A DNA stretch of 63,931 bases, filler included, from Folioceros fuciformis (Eukaryota): the NCBI GenBank assembly GCA_049999805.1. It is 20 parts of 20 records of this genome, joined end to end, with 100 filler letters (N's around TTAATTAATTAA, not from the genome) between each part and the next. Parts side by side here need not be neighbours in the genome. Positions count along the whole stretch, not along the records: positions 35,458 to 38,421 come from JBNGIO010005040.1; positions 38,522 to 43,011 come from JBNGIO010005041.1; positions 43,112 to 44,185 come from JBNGIO010005042.1; positions 44,286 to 47,536 come from JBNGIO010005043.1; positions 47,637 to 52,715 come from JBNGIO010005044.1; 15 more parts are not named here. The stretch is one strand, 5' to 3'. This document shows positions 37,599 through 50,863 of the stretch, piece by piece. Numbering within the stretch: position 1 is the stretch's first letter; each line of letters starts with the position of its first letter. A program made the translations under genes and the position numbers. The notes beneath the pieces are model-generated. The model saw nothing but the letters and a program-made list of their open reading frames with translations. It was not told the origin of the DNA and made no database searches.

Positions 37599-38421
37599 TG
37601 TAGTTAGAAGAGGTAGCAGTCCACTTGAGTTATGTAACTTTAGGTCAAGTTAGCTTAGCAAAGTAATTGTCAGGTTAGTTAGCTAGGCTAGTGAAAGGAC
37701 ACACCCTTTAGAATGATGTCTATAAAAGAACAATTAAGTGTACTTCTAAATTATTCTTAATTAAAACTTTTGTGTAGAAGACACACTTCCGCATGTAGTC
37801 TTCCAACTTGGTATCAGAGCCATGGCTCTCTTCCATGGTGTGTAGACACCATGGTTAGAGTATGCAGGTTTATTTATCATCAATACTTATTTGATAGAGT
37901 AATCAAACAAAAATAAAAAAATAAAGTTTCTTTTGTTTTTGTTTTTGTGTTTGAAACTAGTCCCTTTAGTTATCTTCTTAAGGATGGGATTGTAAAGGGT
38001 TTAGTTGATGTCTTATAAAGGAGGAAGTGGGGAAAGAGGAGTCACAAAAGCCTTTTTTCATTTCACTCTCTTTTATTGCTTTTCTTACATTGTTTCTTGT
38101 CCCATCGCTCAATCAAAATGGCAAGGAATAGACGTGCCTATGACATAGCCCGTCGCTATCGTGAGGAAAAGGAGCGTCAACGAGGACGTAGCCACAACTT
38201 CAACACTTCAAGAGGATCTGGATACAATTCTCTAAATGCACCTCCAAGACTCCTACGAGAGGAATGGTTGAATGAACTCCCGCTTACACTTGAAAATCAA
38301 GGATGGACACAACTGTTCGAAGTAATACGCAGTCACAGCTCTTCATTAAGAGGAGGGAACTCGGCACGGACCACAAGACAAAGATCTCCAAGGTCCCTGC
38401 CCCTTTCATCCGACCAAAATT
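37599..38421 (+). mobile_element. 5' end of an LTR retrotransposon (short LTR, Met PBS 37809-37820, leader with Arg-rich ORF)
   Basis: TG start about 37599, TATAAA box, TGGTATCAGAGC at 37809 and an ORF from ATG 38118 open to the contig end. Confidence 0.75.
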
Positions 38422-39081
38422 NNNNNNNNNNNNNNNNNNNNNNNNNNNNNNNNNNNNNNNNNNNNTTAATTAATTAANNNNNNNNNNNNNNNNNNNNNNN
38501 NNNNNNNNNNNNNNNNNNNNNTCTAAACACTCCGCAGCGCTTCACTTACAATTCACTCACTTCCTCACACACAACTCAGCACTAGGCTCCAAGTAGCCCA
38601 CCGTCCACTGACGACTCGCAGATCACCTCCTCTAGGTGCTGCTCTTTATTCCAGATACTTACAAAGAGTCTGGCGATCTACGCCCCCACTGGCTACTGCC
38701 CTCGACTCTATCTGACAAGCTTGCTCTTCAAGCCCTCCACAGCTATGCCTCAAGGCTAGACTTCTCACTGTCTGCCTCTTTGTGTATCAGTGTATCACAG
38801 TATATCCTTAAGACCCTAACACTGGCCTATTTATACTCCACAGCTAAGCCACTGCTAAAGCTGGGAATGATACACACCACTCATCTTAGAATACTAGTGG
38901 TCATTACAACTCCATCCTTCTTAGGAGGTTTTGCCTGGAACACACATTTTGTTTCCAAAGGCAGCAAGAAGCATACTTGCTTCTTCATCAAGACAGCTCT
39001 AGATTTAGCTTTCACCTTTCTACTTTTAACTTTCACCTTGTTTCACTTATGCCATTACTGAAGAGCATTTTAAAGGCAAAA

Positions 39082-42000
39082 ATGCCTCATCGTAATTCTC
39101 AAAGGCTTGCTGCTGTTCAAAGAAATTCTAGACATAGAACTGTAGAATAGTGGGTGCGCAGTCCCCGCACAAACTCGAACCCAAGACTCCAAAATCCTTG
39201 TCAGAATACAGCACATTTAGAGCCTAGGTTTGTTGGACGAACGGAGGGATTTCCTTCTCGTCGTGCAGGCACTTATTGTGGACGGGGTTGCAACGATTAC
39301 CATACTCGACGCGCAGAGTTTGGTTTGCCTAGAGGACGACCTATCAACAATTTCTCCTGCACATCAGATCGTGTGGGATTCAGGGTGGCAATCCGTTTTG
39401 CGCCCTTTCGACATCAGAAACTTGGTAGGACAGATCCAAGATTTTATTAATCAATATGAGAATTTATCCTCTCAATTTGAGAGCAAATACTCAATTCCCT
39501 GCTTCAGAGTGTGGAGTCGATGTGTGAGATGTTTCAGCGAGGTTGCTTAGTAATCCCTCACCGAAATTAGAGATCCGCCATTTTGTTGATTTGGCGCCAC
39601 CCCAGTGCACGCCTAGCCTGCAGGAGCAATTTTCTAGAGGTCAGATTCCAAGCGGTGCCAGTATTTTTGTGAAGAGGCACCAACTAAGCTTCATCTGAAA
39701 GACGTGAGCTACCCTCATGACTGTTCTAATCAAGGATGAATTGCAATCGATGTGTTCCCTGGAAGGACGCGAAACCTGCATGGAAGCCAAACACGATGAG
39801 TACCTCCGCTAGCATCCTCTTCGGCGTAGGCACCAGTGGCTCAGCAGCACGCTCTGCAAGCACCGGGAGCTCTACAGCAATCGCTATAGGCACCGGGGAC
39901 TTAGCGGCTAGCTCCCCTAGCACTGGTGCCCCTTCGGCGAGTGCAGTAAGCACTGGCGGTCTTACTACTTCCCTGCTAGGAGCGCCTTGGGGAGGTCTGC
40001 CACCTCCAGGACCCACTGGACATCCGCCTCCTCCTCCTCCAGGACCAGGACCTCCCTCATTGCTACCACCTTTGCTCACAAATCCCACTCACATGTATCA
40101 ACCTGCTTATACAATTGAATTCAAGGAACATGACAGATTATCAAGTACCGTGTGTATCAAGTACCGTGTGTGGAGCGTGCGCATGCGTGCTGCCCTTGAA
40201 GCTAGGCACGTTTGGAGCGTCGTGACTGGCCAATATCCGGAACCTGCATCAAATTCCAGACAAGATGACAAGGATAGGTGGGCCAACTTTAATAACGCTG
40301 CTCATGCCCTGCTCATAAGTGGATTGGATGAAGTCTTGGTTCCAGATGTCGCTTACCTACTCAAGGCAGAGGACATTTGGAAACAACTGTCACAAACTTA
40401 CGATGTCAAGAACATAATTAAACTCTGCGTTGTACAAAGTGAGCTATTCTCACTTAGGATGCGTGAGGGGGAGAAGGCAGCTGTTTTTGTGGCCAAGTTC
40501 AGACATTTAAGATCACAACTTATCTCACTTGGGTCACAAATGCCGGACCTTGATGTTGTTGCTCAATTGGTAACAAGCCTTCCTTCCAGTTACCAGCCTT
40601 TTGTATCAAGCTATGGTGCAGCCCTCCGTGCTGCTGAGCAGGCTGCAGCTGCAGGATAACCACCCAACATAACTTTCACTGAAGTAGTGGGTGCTTTATT
40701 CCAAGAAGAGCAGAGCAGGAGCTCTCACACATCAGTACGAACCAAAGCTGACAGAGTGCTGATAGCATCTAAGAATAAATTTCAAGGAAAAGCAAAGCAT
40801 TCACCTGGCGTTGGTATTGCCAAGCCAGGGCTAGGTAGAAGAACTGGAGCCTGCAATTGGTGTGGGGTTCTAGGGCATTGGGAATGCGAATGCAGGAAGA
40901 AGAAATCTGGAGAACTGAGAAAAGCCGAGAAGACCCACAGAGTGATTGAGGCACACTCAATTTCCAAGGACATGTCTTCACAGGCCTCATCTTTCAGCAA
41001 GCAGCCCGTGGTAATGACCGTCTGCCATTCCACCACAGTCTGTGAACCAGACTCTTGGTATTTGGATTCGGGTGCCACATCCCATATATGCCACAATCGA
41101 CACTTGCTCAGTGATTTCACTCCAACACACGCTAATGAAAAGGTGCTGTTGGGAGATGAGCTTACCCGAACGGGTTTAAGGATCCTCGGCATAAGATCTT
41201 GCACTTTTCGACTTGAAGATGGCTCTGCCCTTCGCCTGGATAACGTACTCTACTGCCCTTGCATGGCAAAGCATCTTCTCTCTGTTAGTCAGTTGATGAA
41301 ACTACAGCAGTATGATCTGTCATTCACTTCTGCTGGTTGTTTTCTTTCACACAAGGGTGCCCATGATTCCGTCGCTCGAGGTCTCTTTGTGCATGACCTG
41401 TATAGGCTCAACATATGTTGTCAACCCGCTAAGAGTGCTTTTGTGGTTGCGAGGACACAATCGACTTTAGCACAATTGTGGCACGCCCGTTTGGGACATG
41501 CCAATAAAGATAAGCTTATAAAGATGTCTAATCTGGAATGTTATAGAGAACGACTACCTAAGTGTTTCAAGGAACTTCCCTTATGTGATTCTTGTATCAT
41601 CGCCAAGCAGAAAGAGATTCCCTTACCGTCTACCGTTGCGCATCGTACCTCTCATGTTCTGGACCTTGTACACACAGACATATCAGGAAAAATTCATGTT
41701 CCTTCTTTGGGAGGCTCCCACTATTACCTCACACTTACGGACGACTAGAGTAAGTACTCTTGGACTTTTCCTCTAAAGCGGAAATCAGATACTTTCCCTG
41801 TATTTCAAGAGTGGCTCACCATGGTACAACGCCAGACAGGTCGACTCCTTCGTTGCTTGAGGTCTGATAACGGCACTAAGTTCGTGAATAACCTCTTTAA
41901 CCAGCATTTGTCTGACCAAGGCATCACTCGGCAACTTATCATTCCCTACACTCAGCAATAGAACGGTGTTGCTGAGAGACGAAATCAGACTCTATTAGGC

Positions 42001-43011
42001 ATGACCCGTACTATGGTCAGGATTGGATAAGGCTTACTGGGCTAAGGCGGTCGTGACTGCTACATATGTACTCAACCATCTTCTTACAAGTGCAGTTGAA
42101 GGCCAGATTCCTTTCGAAGTGATGTGGTAACGTCGTCCTAGCCTTCTCCACTTGTGTGTATTCGGCTCTCCAGCCTACACATATGTACCTTCAGAACTGC
42201 GAAAGAAGCTTCAGGACAGAGCAAAGCCTCTTATTTTTGTTGGTTATGGAGAAGAAATGAAGGCTTACGAATTATATGATCCTTTTTCGAGATCCTCTAT
42301 TTTTGCACGCAGTGTTACCTTCAAGGAGCTCGTCAAGCCAGCTCAGTCTCACTTTGCGGACACTTCTACTGTCCTTGATGATTCGCTTGCTGATGATTTT
42401 GACACTACAGCTCTGAGTATCCTCAAGACCTCTATGCCGTTCCGTCTTCAGGGGGTGCTCCTCTTTTTGCAGCTAGTGGTTCAGGGGGTGGCACTTCGTC
42501 ATCTACACAGGCTGGACAGCCTGTACATCCTGCACACGTTCCAGCACCACATGTTCAGTTTCAGGCCCTTGTACAACCTGCTCAACCTTTGGATGATGAT
42601 ATAGAACCCCTTGCTGCTACTGAAGACGTCTGGTGATGATAAGGATGTCTCTATTGTTGAAAATCTGTCTGAGATCTCCGCTCCTGCTCTTGAGGAGCGT
42701 AGATAACCCAGCAGGACTCCCAACCCTAAAGACCAGTGGCATGAGAAGCCGTATGAATCCATAGACTTTAGGCTTCCTAAGTCAGTTAGGATGTCAACCT
42801 ACTCACCTGTAATCCTGTCCTCTGCTATTGAACATCCTGCAGAGCCCAGAACTTATCAAGAGGCCATAAATGGTAAAAACAAACAACACTGGGTTCCTTC
42901 TATCCAAGACGAGTATAACTCACTCATGAAGAATGAGACTTGGGAGTTATGCCCGCTACCTGCGGGCCGTAAGGCTGTGAGCTGCAAATGGGTTTTCAAA
43001 CATAAACTTAA
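39082..43011 (+). mobile_element. Ty1/copia element: upstream ORF remnant, gag with Gly/Ser/Pro-rich N-terminus, protease, integrase, start of RT (degenerate)
   Basis: YTIEFKEHDR gag, CNWCGVLGHWECEC, WYLDSGATSH, WHARLGH, LRSDNG, EPRTYQEA and NETWEL...CKWVFK. Multiple stops and frameshifts. Confidence 0.95.
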
Positions 43012-43111
43012 NNNNNNNNNNNNNNNNNNNNNNNNNNNNNNNNNNNNNNNNNNNNTTAATTAATTAANNNNNNNNNNNNNNNNNNNNNNNNNNNNNNNNN
43101 NNNNNNNNNNN

Positions 43112-43327
43112 GCCAGACCTAGGTCGGGTTAGGTCTAGGCCAGACCTAGGTCGGGTTAAGTCTAGGTTAGACCTAGGTCAGGTTAGGTCTAGGTCAGACC
43201 TAGGTCGGGTTAGTTCTAGGTTAGACCTAGGTCGGGTTAGGTCTTGGTCAGACCTAGGTCGGGTTAGGTGTAGGTGAGACCTAGGTCAGGTTAAGTCTAG
43301 GTCAGACCTAGGTGAAGTTTAGGTCAG
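43112..43327 (+). repeat. 27-bp tandem repeat, about 8 units, each containing the palindrome GACCTAGGTC
   Basis: Consensus GTCAGACCTAGGTCGGGTTAGGTCTAG with a period of 27 from the contig start; the array decays rightwards. Confidence 0.95.
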
Positions 43328-44333
43328 AATTGGGTGTAGGATGGTTTAGGTCATAGAGAGAGATGGTTAGGTAGTTGACTCAGGTTAACCCTAAAAGATA
43401 GAGGTGGAGGGCTGGGTAGTATAAGAGGGGTGTGGGGGAAAGTATTGCACCCGGGGATGCTGTGAGGTCCACATAAACCCTCTTTGTCGTTACAGCTCTG
43501 GGATTCGATTCCAAGGGAATGATTTGTGTCCAACTATACAGGTTTCCTCTCAAAATCAAATATTACCTTAAGCGTACCTATCTCCTCAGGACCCCCCAAC
43601 TACCCAAGTCACACCCGGGCGCTCCCACTCTTCTTGTCTTCCTGATGACCCCAGCTGTGGCCACTTCTTCAACCGCCTCAACCACTCCATTGCTACACCA
43701 GTGGGTCCCACTTTCTCTCTCTCTCTCTCTAAGCCTCCTCCTCTCTCCACTAACCTGGGTTACCCTCTAATACCTACTTACCAATCCTTTGCCTCCTAAA
43801 ACCGCCAGCAACTTACTCCTAGTCGCGCTCACCTGCGAACTCAAGACCTCCGCCCGTACCCGCCAGTTCTCCAGTACCTCGACTGAAACACAAGAGCGTT
43901 CGTCGTGCACATATTGGCACTCAGGAAGTTTCGAAGGGGCCTTGGACAGTACAGTCCTCAATCTATCCACGCAACCTCAGCCCAAACCCAGGCCGGTTTA
44001 CACACAATCGTCTTTCAGCTACACACGCGCCAGGTTTTGTCGCCACTTAATCACTCCAACTCGACAGCTCCACTTTCATGGTTCCTCTTTTCCTCACACT
44101 CTGAGCACTCGTCCTCGGTTCGCAGCGCCCCATCCGCGACGCCTCCAAAGGTCCCTTTTCGATTATAGTCTCCAGTCCACTCCTCNNNNNNNNNNNNNNN
44201 NNNNNNNNNNNNNNNNNNNNNNNNNNNNNTTAATTAATTAANNNNNNNNNNNNNNNNNNNNNNNNNNNNNNNNNNNNNNNNNNNNAATGAATAGTGCCCT
44301 AAGCTAGCCCTATTCTAGCTCTATTTTATCACA

Positions 44334-47300
44334 ATCAGCATCTGTGAAGCCCTTTAACATAAGTTTCTGCTGTCCACTACTCCTGTATGCAAGCCCATAG
44401 GATTGTGTTCCCTTAAGGTAGCAGATAACACGCTTAGCTGCTGTCCAATGCACACATCCTGGATTTTCTAGAAATTGAGATAGAGTGCTAACAAAATACT
44501 GTATATCCGGTCTTGTCCAATTGGCAATAAAAATTAAACTGCCAATTGCATGCCTGTAGGGGACCTGGGCCATCTCCCTCATCTCGTCTGCACCTTGTGG
44601 GCATTGTTGGCTAGTCAGCTTAGTCCCTAAAGCATAAGGGGTGGTAGAAGGTCTAGCATCTTCAAGCTTGAACTTTTGCAGAAGCTCTTGAACGTACTGA
44701 TACTGGTGAATAATGATGAGTTTTTCAGGTCTGACCCGTAACAGCTGTATACCCAGGCAGAACTTTAACTCGCCTATATCCTTCATCTCAAACCTACTAC
44801 TCAACATTTCCTTTACTTGTGCTAGAAGAGGCTGACTGTTTGTAGCAAGTATGACATCATCAACATACAATGCCATGATAACATATTCATCTCTTTTTGT
44901 GAGCTTGTATACAGAACCGTCTGCAGAGCTTTTTATAAAAGAGTTGCTGATGAGGTACTCATGTATTGTAAGATACCAAACTCTGCCACTTTGCTTCAGG
45001 CCATAGATGGTCTTTAGCAGCTTTAGGACCTGTTTAGGATGTTTCGGGTCTACATACCCTTCAAGTTGCACCATGTACAAATCCTCATCAAGTGCTCCAT
45101 ATAAGAAAGCTGTACATACGTCCATTTGATGTAGGTCCAAGTCAAATTCTGCTGCTAGAGCTAATATCATCCTGATGGATTGTGCTCTCACAACTAGTGA
45201 GAACGTTTCCTGATAATCTAACCCTTCAATCTGCGTGAATCCTCTTGCGACCAACCTTGCCTTATACCTTGCAATTTTGCCCTTAGCATTCAACTTTAGA
45301 TTAAATACCCACTTGCAGGAGATAGGTTTTCTGCCAGGTGGGAGATCAACCAACTTCCATGTTTTGTTCTTAACTAAAGAATTGTATTCATCATCAACTG
45401 CAAACTTCCACTTATCACGTTCAGGTCCTGAATATGCCTCTATTAAGGATTTAGGCTCCAGGTGTATGGTGCTTGAAGCTGAATTGCAGATGTCTGCATA
45501 TGCTGTCCTAAAATCGATTGATTCATAACGTGGCTCTTTCCACTGTTCTGGAGGAGGACGATGTCTGGTGGAACGTCGTAAAGGAGGATCATGTTCTTGG
45601 TCTTGAATAGCAAGTGGCTGTTCATGTTCCTCATGTATATTGTCCATGAGCATTTGTGCATCATTGTCTCCCTCTGCTTGGTCAGCATCTGGATTAGGTA
45701 CATGAATGTCCTCATAATAATCTGGAGCAAGAGCTGGTTGTGGATCAGGATTGGCAGCATGTGCTGGCTGTTGCTGTACAGGTGGGGGATGTAGCAGGAC
45801 AGGTTGAAAAGGAGGAGGTGCTGGACCAGCAGGTTGGACTGTTTGAACATCTCCCTCATCGTGTGTATCATCATCAGGGAAATCAACAGTGTCATCTGTT
45901 GATTGTGGTATGTCCACTCCCTCTGCTGCTGTTTGTCCAGTAGCGAGGGGTCTATCAATTTCAAGAAAAGTGACAGATCGGGCTAACACAACTTGCTGAT
46001 GTGCAGGGTCATAGAGTTTATATGCTTTGGATTGTTCACTGTAGCCGACGAAAACAAGTGCTTGGGCTCTCGGATCCAGCTTCTTTCGCTTCTCCTTTGG
46101 GATGAGAGCAAAAGCACGTGAACCAAACACACGCAAGTGCAGCAAACTAGGTTTCCGTTTCCAAAAAGCCTCATAGGGGGTCTGAGATGGAAGGGAACTT
46201 GTAAAAAGCCTGTTCAAGATATATGTAGTTGCGACAATGGCTTCAGCCCAATAGGCTTGAGGCAATTTAGCCCACAATAACATACTCCGTGTCATGGCCA
46301 GCAATGTCTGATTTTTCCTTTCAGCCACGCCATTTTGCTGTGGAGTGTTATGGATAGTATGCTGACGTTGAATCCCCCTCTCATGCAAGAAGTTGTCAAA
46401 AGTGTCATTGACAAATTCTGTTCCATTGTCAGTCCGAAGAGACTTAACAGACTGACCTGTCTGTTTTTCAGCAGTCCACAACCAATCACGGAAGAGTTCA
46501 AAGGTATCACTCTTCAAGTGCATCGGGAAAGTCCATGTGTAGCGAGAATAATCGTCAGTTATGCAGAGGTAATAAATGGAGCCACCCAGAGAGAGGACAT
46601 GTATTTTACCGGAAATGTCTGCATGCACTAACTCGAGGACAACAGATGCCCTGTAGGTGGCTAAAATTGGGAAGGGATGAGCTTTCTGTTTGGCAACAAT
46701 GCAAGCTTCACAAGAAGGTAAGTCTTTGAAAACCTGAGGCAATGGTTCAAGGTGACATGCTTGTAACGACATATCTAGTAGCTTTCTCTTATTAACATGA
46801 CCAAGCCGTGCATGCCAAAGAACAGCAAGACGTTGGGACTTTGCAGAGATAAGACCAGCTTGATGACGAAGTGTGCAAATATCGAGTCTATACAGATCAT
46901 GATCTAAGGTACCTTTAAATGCCAGCATGGATGGTTCTGACCTCTTGTAGAAGAGACAAGTGTCCTCACTGGCTTTCATGTCATACACTCGAAGTTGCAT
47001 CAGTTTGCTAAGAGAAACCAAATTCTTTGCCATGGACGGCACATAGAGTACGTCATCCAGGGTAAGAATTGATCCATCGTTGAGTGTGAACTTGCATGTG
47101 CCACTGCCATTGATTTGGAGACTGGACTGATTGCGTTCATCTCCCAAAAGCACTCTTTCAGCTAATCTGTTTGTCTGAAGCAAGTAAAATTGCTCTTTTA
47201 TTTCTGCAGATGTGGGAGGTTGCGCCAGAATCCAAGTACCAACCATCTTCATCACATATGGAACGGGTAAGGCAGACTGTAAGTATCTTCACCACTGGTT

Positions 47301-47536
47301 TGGTGTCACCTGATGTCTTCTCCTTAATCGCAACAGTTGCAGAACTGTTGGAATTTTTAGGAGCCCCCTTAGGTTCTCCTGCCTTCTTCTTCTTACATTC
47401 CCTGGCCCAGTGTCCAACTATACCACACCAGTTGAAGTTGCCTGGACACTTAGGTGGGCCAGCTGAATTTGAAAATTGGCTAGGTTTACCTGCAGCTTTG
47501 CCTTTTCCCTTGAATGGCCTTTGAGCTGTTACTAAT
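44334..47536 (-). mobile_element. Ty1/copia gag end and pol (protease, integrase, RT, start of RNase H), long intact frame
   Basis: WCGIVGHWAREC, WYLDSGATSH, one frameshift near 47170-47200, then about 940 open codons including LRTDNGTEF, YKARLVARG, MALYVDD and GFTDAD. There the frame is cut by a TG-starting insertion (44333 to the contig edge). Confidence 0.96.
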
Positions 47537-47636
47537 NNNNNNNNNNNNNNNNNNNNNNNNNNNNNNNNNNNNNNNNNNNNTTAATTAATTAANNNNNNNN
47601 NNNNNNNNNNNNNNNNNNNNNNNNNNNNNNNNNNNN

Positions 47637-50600
47637 CAAGTCAACTCGACATCCCAAGCCATGTTGGCAAAACGCCTTACACACAGTGATCCACTTGTGG
47701 CATTCAAGGCTTGCACATCCGAACTTCACGAGGATGAAACGGATGACAGAGCAGGAGTTGTACCGTGAGAAACTTGACTGGAAGGTTACTGACACACATG
47801 TATTATGTGGTGCTTGCATCCATAGTAAGATGGTCAAAAAGAAGCCTAAGAAGAGTGAACATGACCGTGCATCTGACTTATTGGAAATGGTCCATACGGA
47901 TCTTTGTGGACCGAAGTCAACACCATCTCCCTTTACTTCATGACTGCTATTGATGATTACAGTAGATACATTGTCACATATTTCTTGCGGCAGAAGAATG
48001 AGGCCTTAGAGAAGTTTCAATAGTATGTTGATTTCTCTCAACGACAAATTGGGAAAACTCTCAAGGTGCTCAGGACTGATAATGGGGGCGAATTTATTAG
48101 TGGTGATTTTCAGTCATACTGTCATTCTCTTGGCATTGCCTGTCAGCTGACCTCCCCACACACATCCAGCCTAAACCCATTGGCAGAGGCAAAGAACAGA
48201 TACCTCCAAGAAGCAGCCAAGGCCATACTTTATCAGTCCGGTTTATCCAAGCCATTTTGGGCTGATGCAGTACAAACTGCCACATATGTGCAAAACCGTT
48301 TGCCCACTTCTTCCTTCATAGGTGCTACCCCATATGAGCGGTGGATTGGTCGTAAACCATCCATTTCACATCTGAAATTTTTTGGCAGCCATGTGTACAT
48401 GCACATCCCAAAGACCCAACGGAGGAAGCTGGATTACCAAGCTCGTACTATGACCTTTATTGGATACACTGAGGGTATCAAAGGGTATAAGGTTTATGAC
48501 CCTAGCTCCGGCCATGTCACTCATACCCGTGTTGGCATTTTTTATGAGAACAACTTGTTGGTTGCGGCTTGTGCTAGAGAGGGGGGCCAACAGGATGTGA
48601 TGTCTGACTTTCAAGTTACTGAACTCCAAAGCGATAATGATTCTGAACTTGAGCAAATAATTCCACGTGCAAATCAGCCACAAATACCTCCACCACAAGC
48701 CCCAAGCCATACCTCAGCTCCTGGCCTAAATCCACCACCATAAGTTGACACTGATGCTGGTGACACATTTGAGGCCAATGCAAGTGAGGGTGAAGCTCAA
48801 ACCAATGTGCCAACACAACCTGAACTTGGTCAGCCTGCTATGCTTAGGAGGTCAGCAAGACACCATACAAGCTCTCCCGTGGAATGGAGTCAAGTGCCGC
48901 TTGCCATGGAAGGGCACATACGGCCTAATGCAAATATGAATGCCATGCTGGCTCAAATACTCATAGAAGCCCAAGACCTAGGTGAACCAGCATCCTACAA
49001 AGAAGCCATAAACTCACTGGAGAAGGAGCAGTGGCAAGCAGCGATCAAATCAGAGTTTGACTCCCTCATTGAGAACGAGACTTGGGAATTGGTTGATCTA
49101 CCCCAAGGAAGGAGGCCGATTTCAAACAAATGGGTGTTCAAGAGAAAACTCAACCCTGATGGCAGCACAGCTAGGTTCAAAGCTAGACTAGTGGTGCGTG
49201 TATTCTCCCAAAGAGAAGGGATAGACTACAATGAGACCTTCTCTCCTGTTGTGCGTGCGTCATCATTAAGGACACTGATGGCTATCGCAGCTCAAGAAGG
49301 TTATCACATCCACCAGATGGATGTACAGACGGCATTCCTTAATGGCCTCCTTGAAGAAGAGGTATACATGATGCAGCCTGAAGGCTATATTGATGCCAAG
49401 CAACCAAGCAAGGTTTGTAGGCTGAAGAAAACCTAGTATGGCCTCAAACAATCGAATCGTGGGTGGAACTTGAGGTTGCACACATATCTTTCTAGGAGAG
49501 GGTTTAAGCAATCATATGCTGATGGCAGTGTCTATGTATATAAGAAGAAAGGGCAGACTGCCTACCTAGCGGTGTACGTCGATGACACAATCATATTTGG
49601 GTCCGATGATGGCATGATAAAAGAGGTAAAAGGCATCCTGTCATCAGAATTCAAAATGACAGATTTGGGCCCTTGCAAATTCTTCTTAGGTGTCCAAGCA
49701 CTCATGAACCTAGTGACGGGAAGCATATTTCTCCACCAACAACATTATGTGAACAGATTACTTGAGAAGTTCAACATGCAAAATGCAAAGCCAGCAGCAA
49801 CTCCAGCTGCAGTGGGGGCTACCCTGACACAAGATCAATGTCCCAAGACACTTGCTAAGCAGAAGGAGATGGAGAATACACCATACAGAGTTCTTGTAGG
49901 GTGTTTGCTATGGCTGAGTGGCTGGACTAGACCAGATATTGCCCATGCGACATCAACACAATTCTTAGCCAATCCAAGACAGCAGCATTGGATAGCTGCT
50001 AAGCGTGTCCTCAAGTACTCGAAAGGCACATCTGACCTAGGACTTTTGTACAGCAAGAAAGGGGCTGATGGAAGGACTTGGATGGAATGCAAGATGGACT
50101 TCGATTGGGCTGGTGATAAGGACTCATGTAGGTCCATATCTGCATATTGTATTAAGGTGTGTGGCGACCTCGTTAACTAGTCCTCAAAGAAGCAAACAGT
50201 GGTTGCACTATCATCTACGGAGGCCGAATATGCGGCAACCACAACTGCAGCTCAAGAAGTTATGCACTTACGGAATTTCTTGGAAACTCTAGGTCACCAG
50301 CAGCAGGAGCCGACGCCAATGTACTGCGATAATCAGTCTGCCATTGCTATAGCCAGGAATCCTACTCACATGTTCGTACGAGACATGTGGAGGTGAAGCA
50401 ACATTTCATAAGAAATGCGTTTGCCAACAAGACAATCAGTCTCAGCTACATCCCCAAAGATGATAATACAACTAATTGACTGACCAAGGCTCTAGCAAAA
50501 GAAAAACATAACTTGCATGTTGTTGGACTTGGCTTAAGACACATGTCTGACATTGAAGCCGAGAAAGAAAGAAAATGAAGTGATCAAGAAAATTGGTGGC

Positions 50601-50863
50601 GACTGACGGCTGCGGCTAAGTGGGGGTGCAAAGTGAAGCCTAGGAATAGTCTAGCGTCAGCTAGTCAACGACTAGGTTAAGTTAAATAAGTTTTAGCTAG
50701 GGCTAGATAGCCTAATATGAAAAGACACATAATCACAAAATACATAACCGCCATAGTGTATGGCATAAGACACAAGACATTGCTTTTGTTATTCACTACT
50801 ACACATGATAATTCTCAATGTAAGGCGCTTCTCTTGTTTTTGTAAGCATCCGCTAACCGCACA
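47637..50863 (+). mobile_element. Ty1/copia pol (integrase, RT, RNase H), polypurine tract and 3' LTR
   Basis: LWHSRLAH, VHTDLCGP, LRTDNGGEF, FKARLVVR, LAVYVDD and SSTEAEY. PPT AAGTGGGGG at 50618-50626 followed by a TG...CA LTR at about 50627-50863. Confidence 0.93.

Noticed and set aside
43112-43327. Palindromic repeats as a possible CRISPR array
   Set aside because: Units are contiguous without unique spacers, there are no cas genes, and the context is eukaryotic.
47170-47255. N-terminus of the 981-aa ORF (MMKMVGTW...) as a real start or programmed frameshift
   Set aside because: The protease WYLDSGATSH is in another frame and sister elements are in frame here; a simple mutational frameshift.
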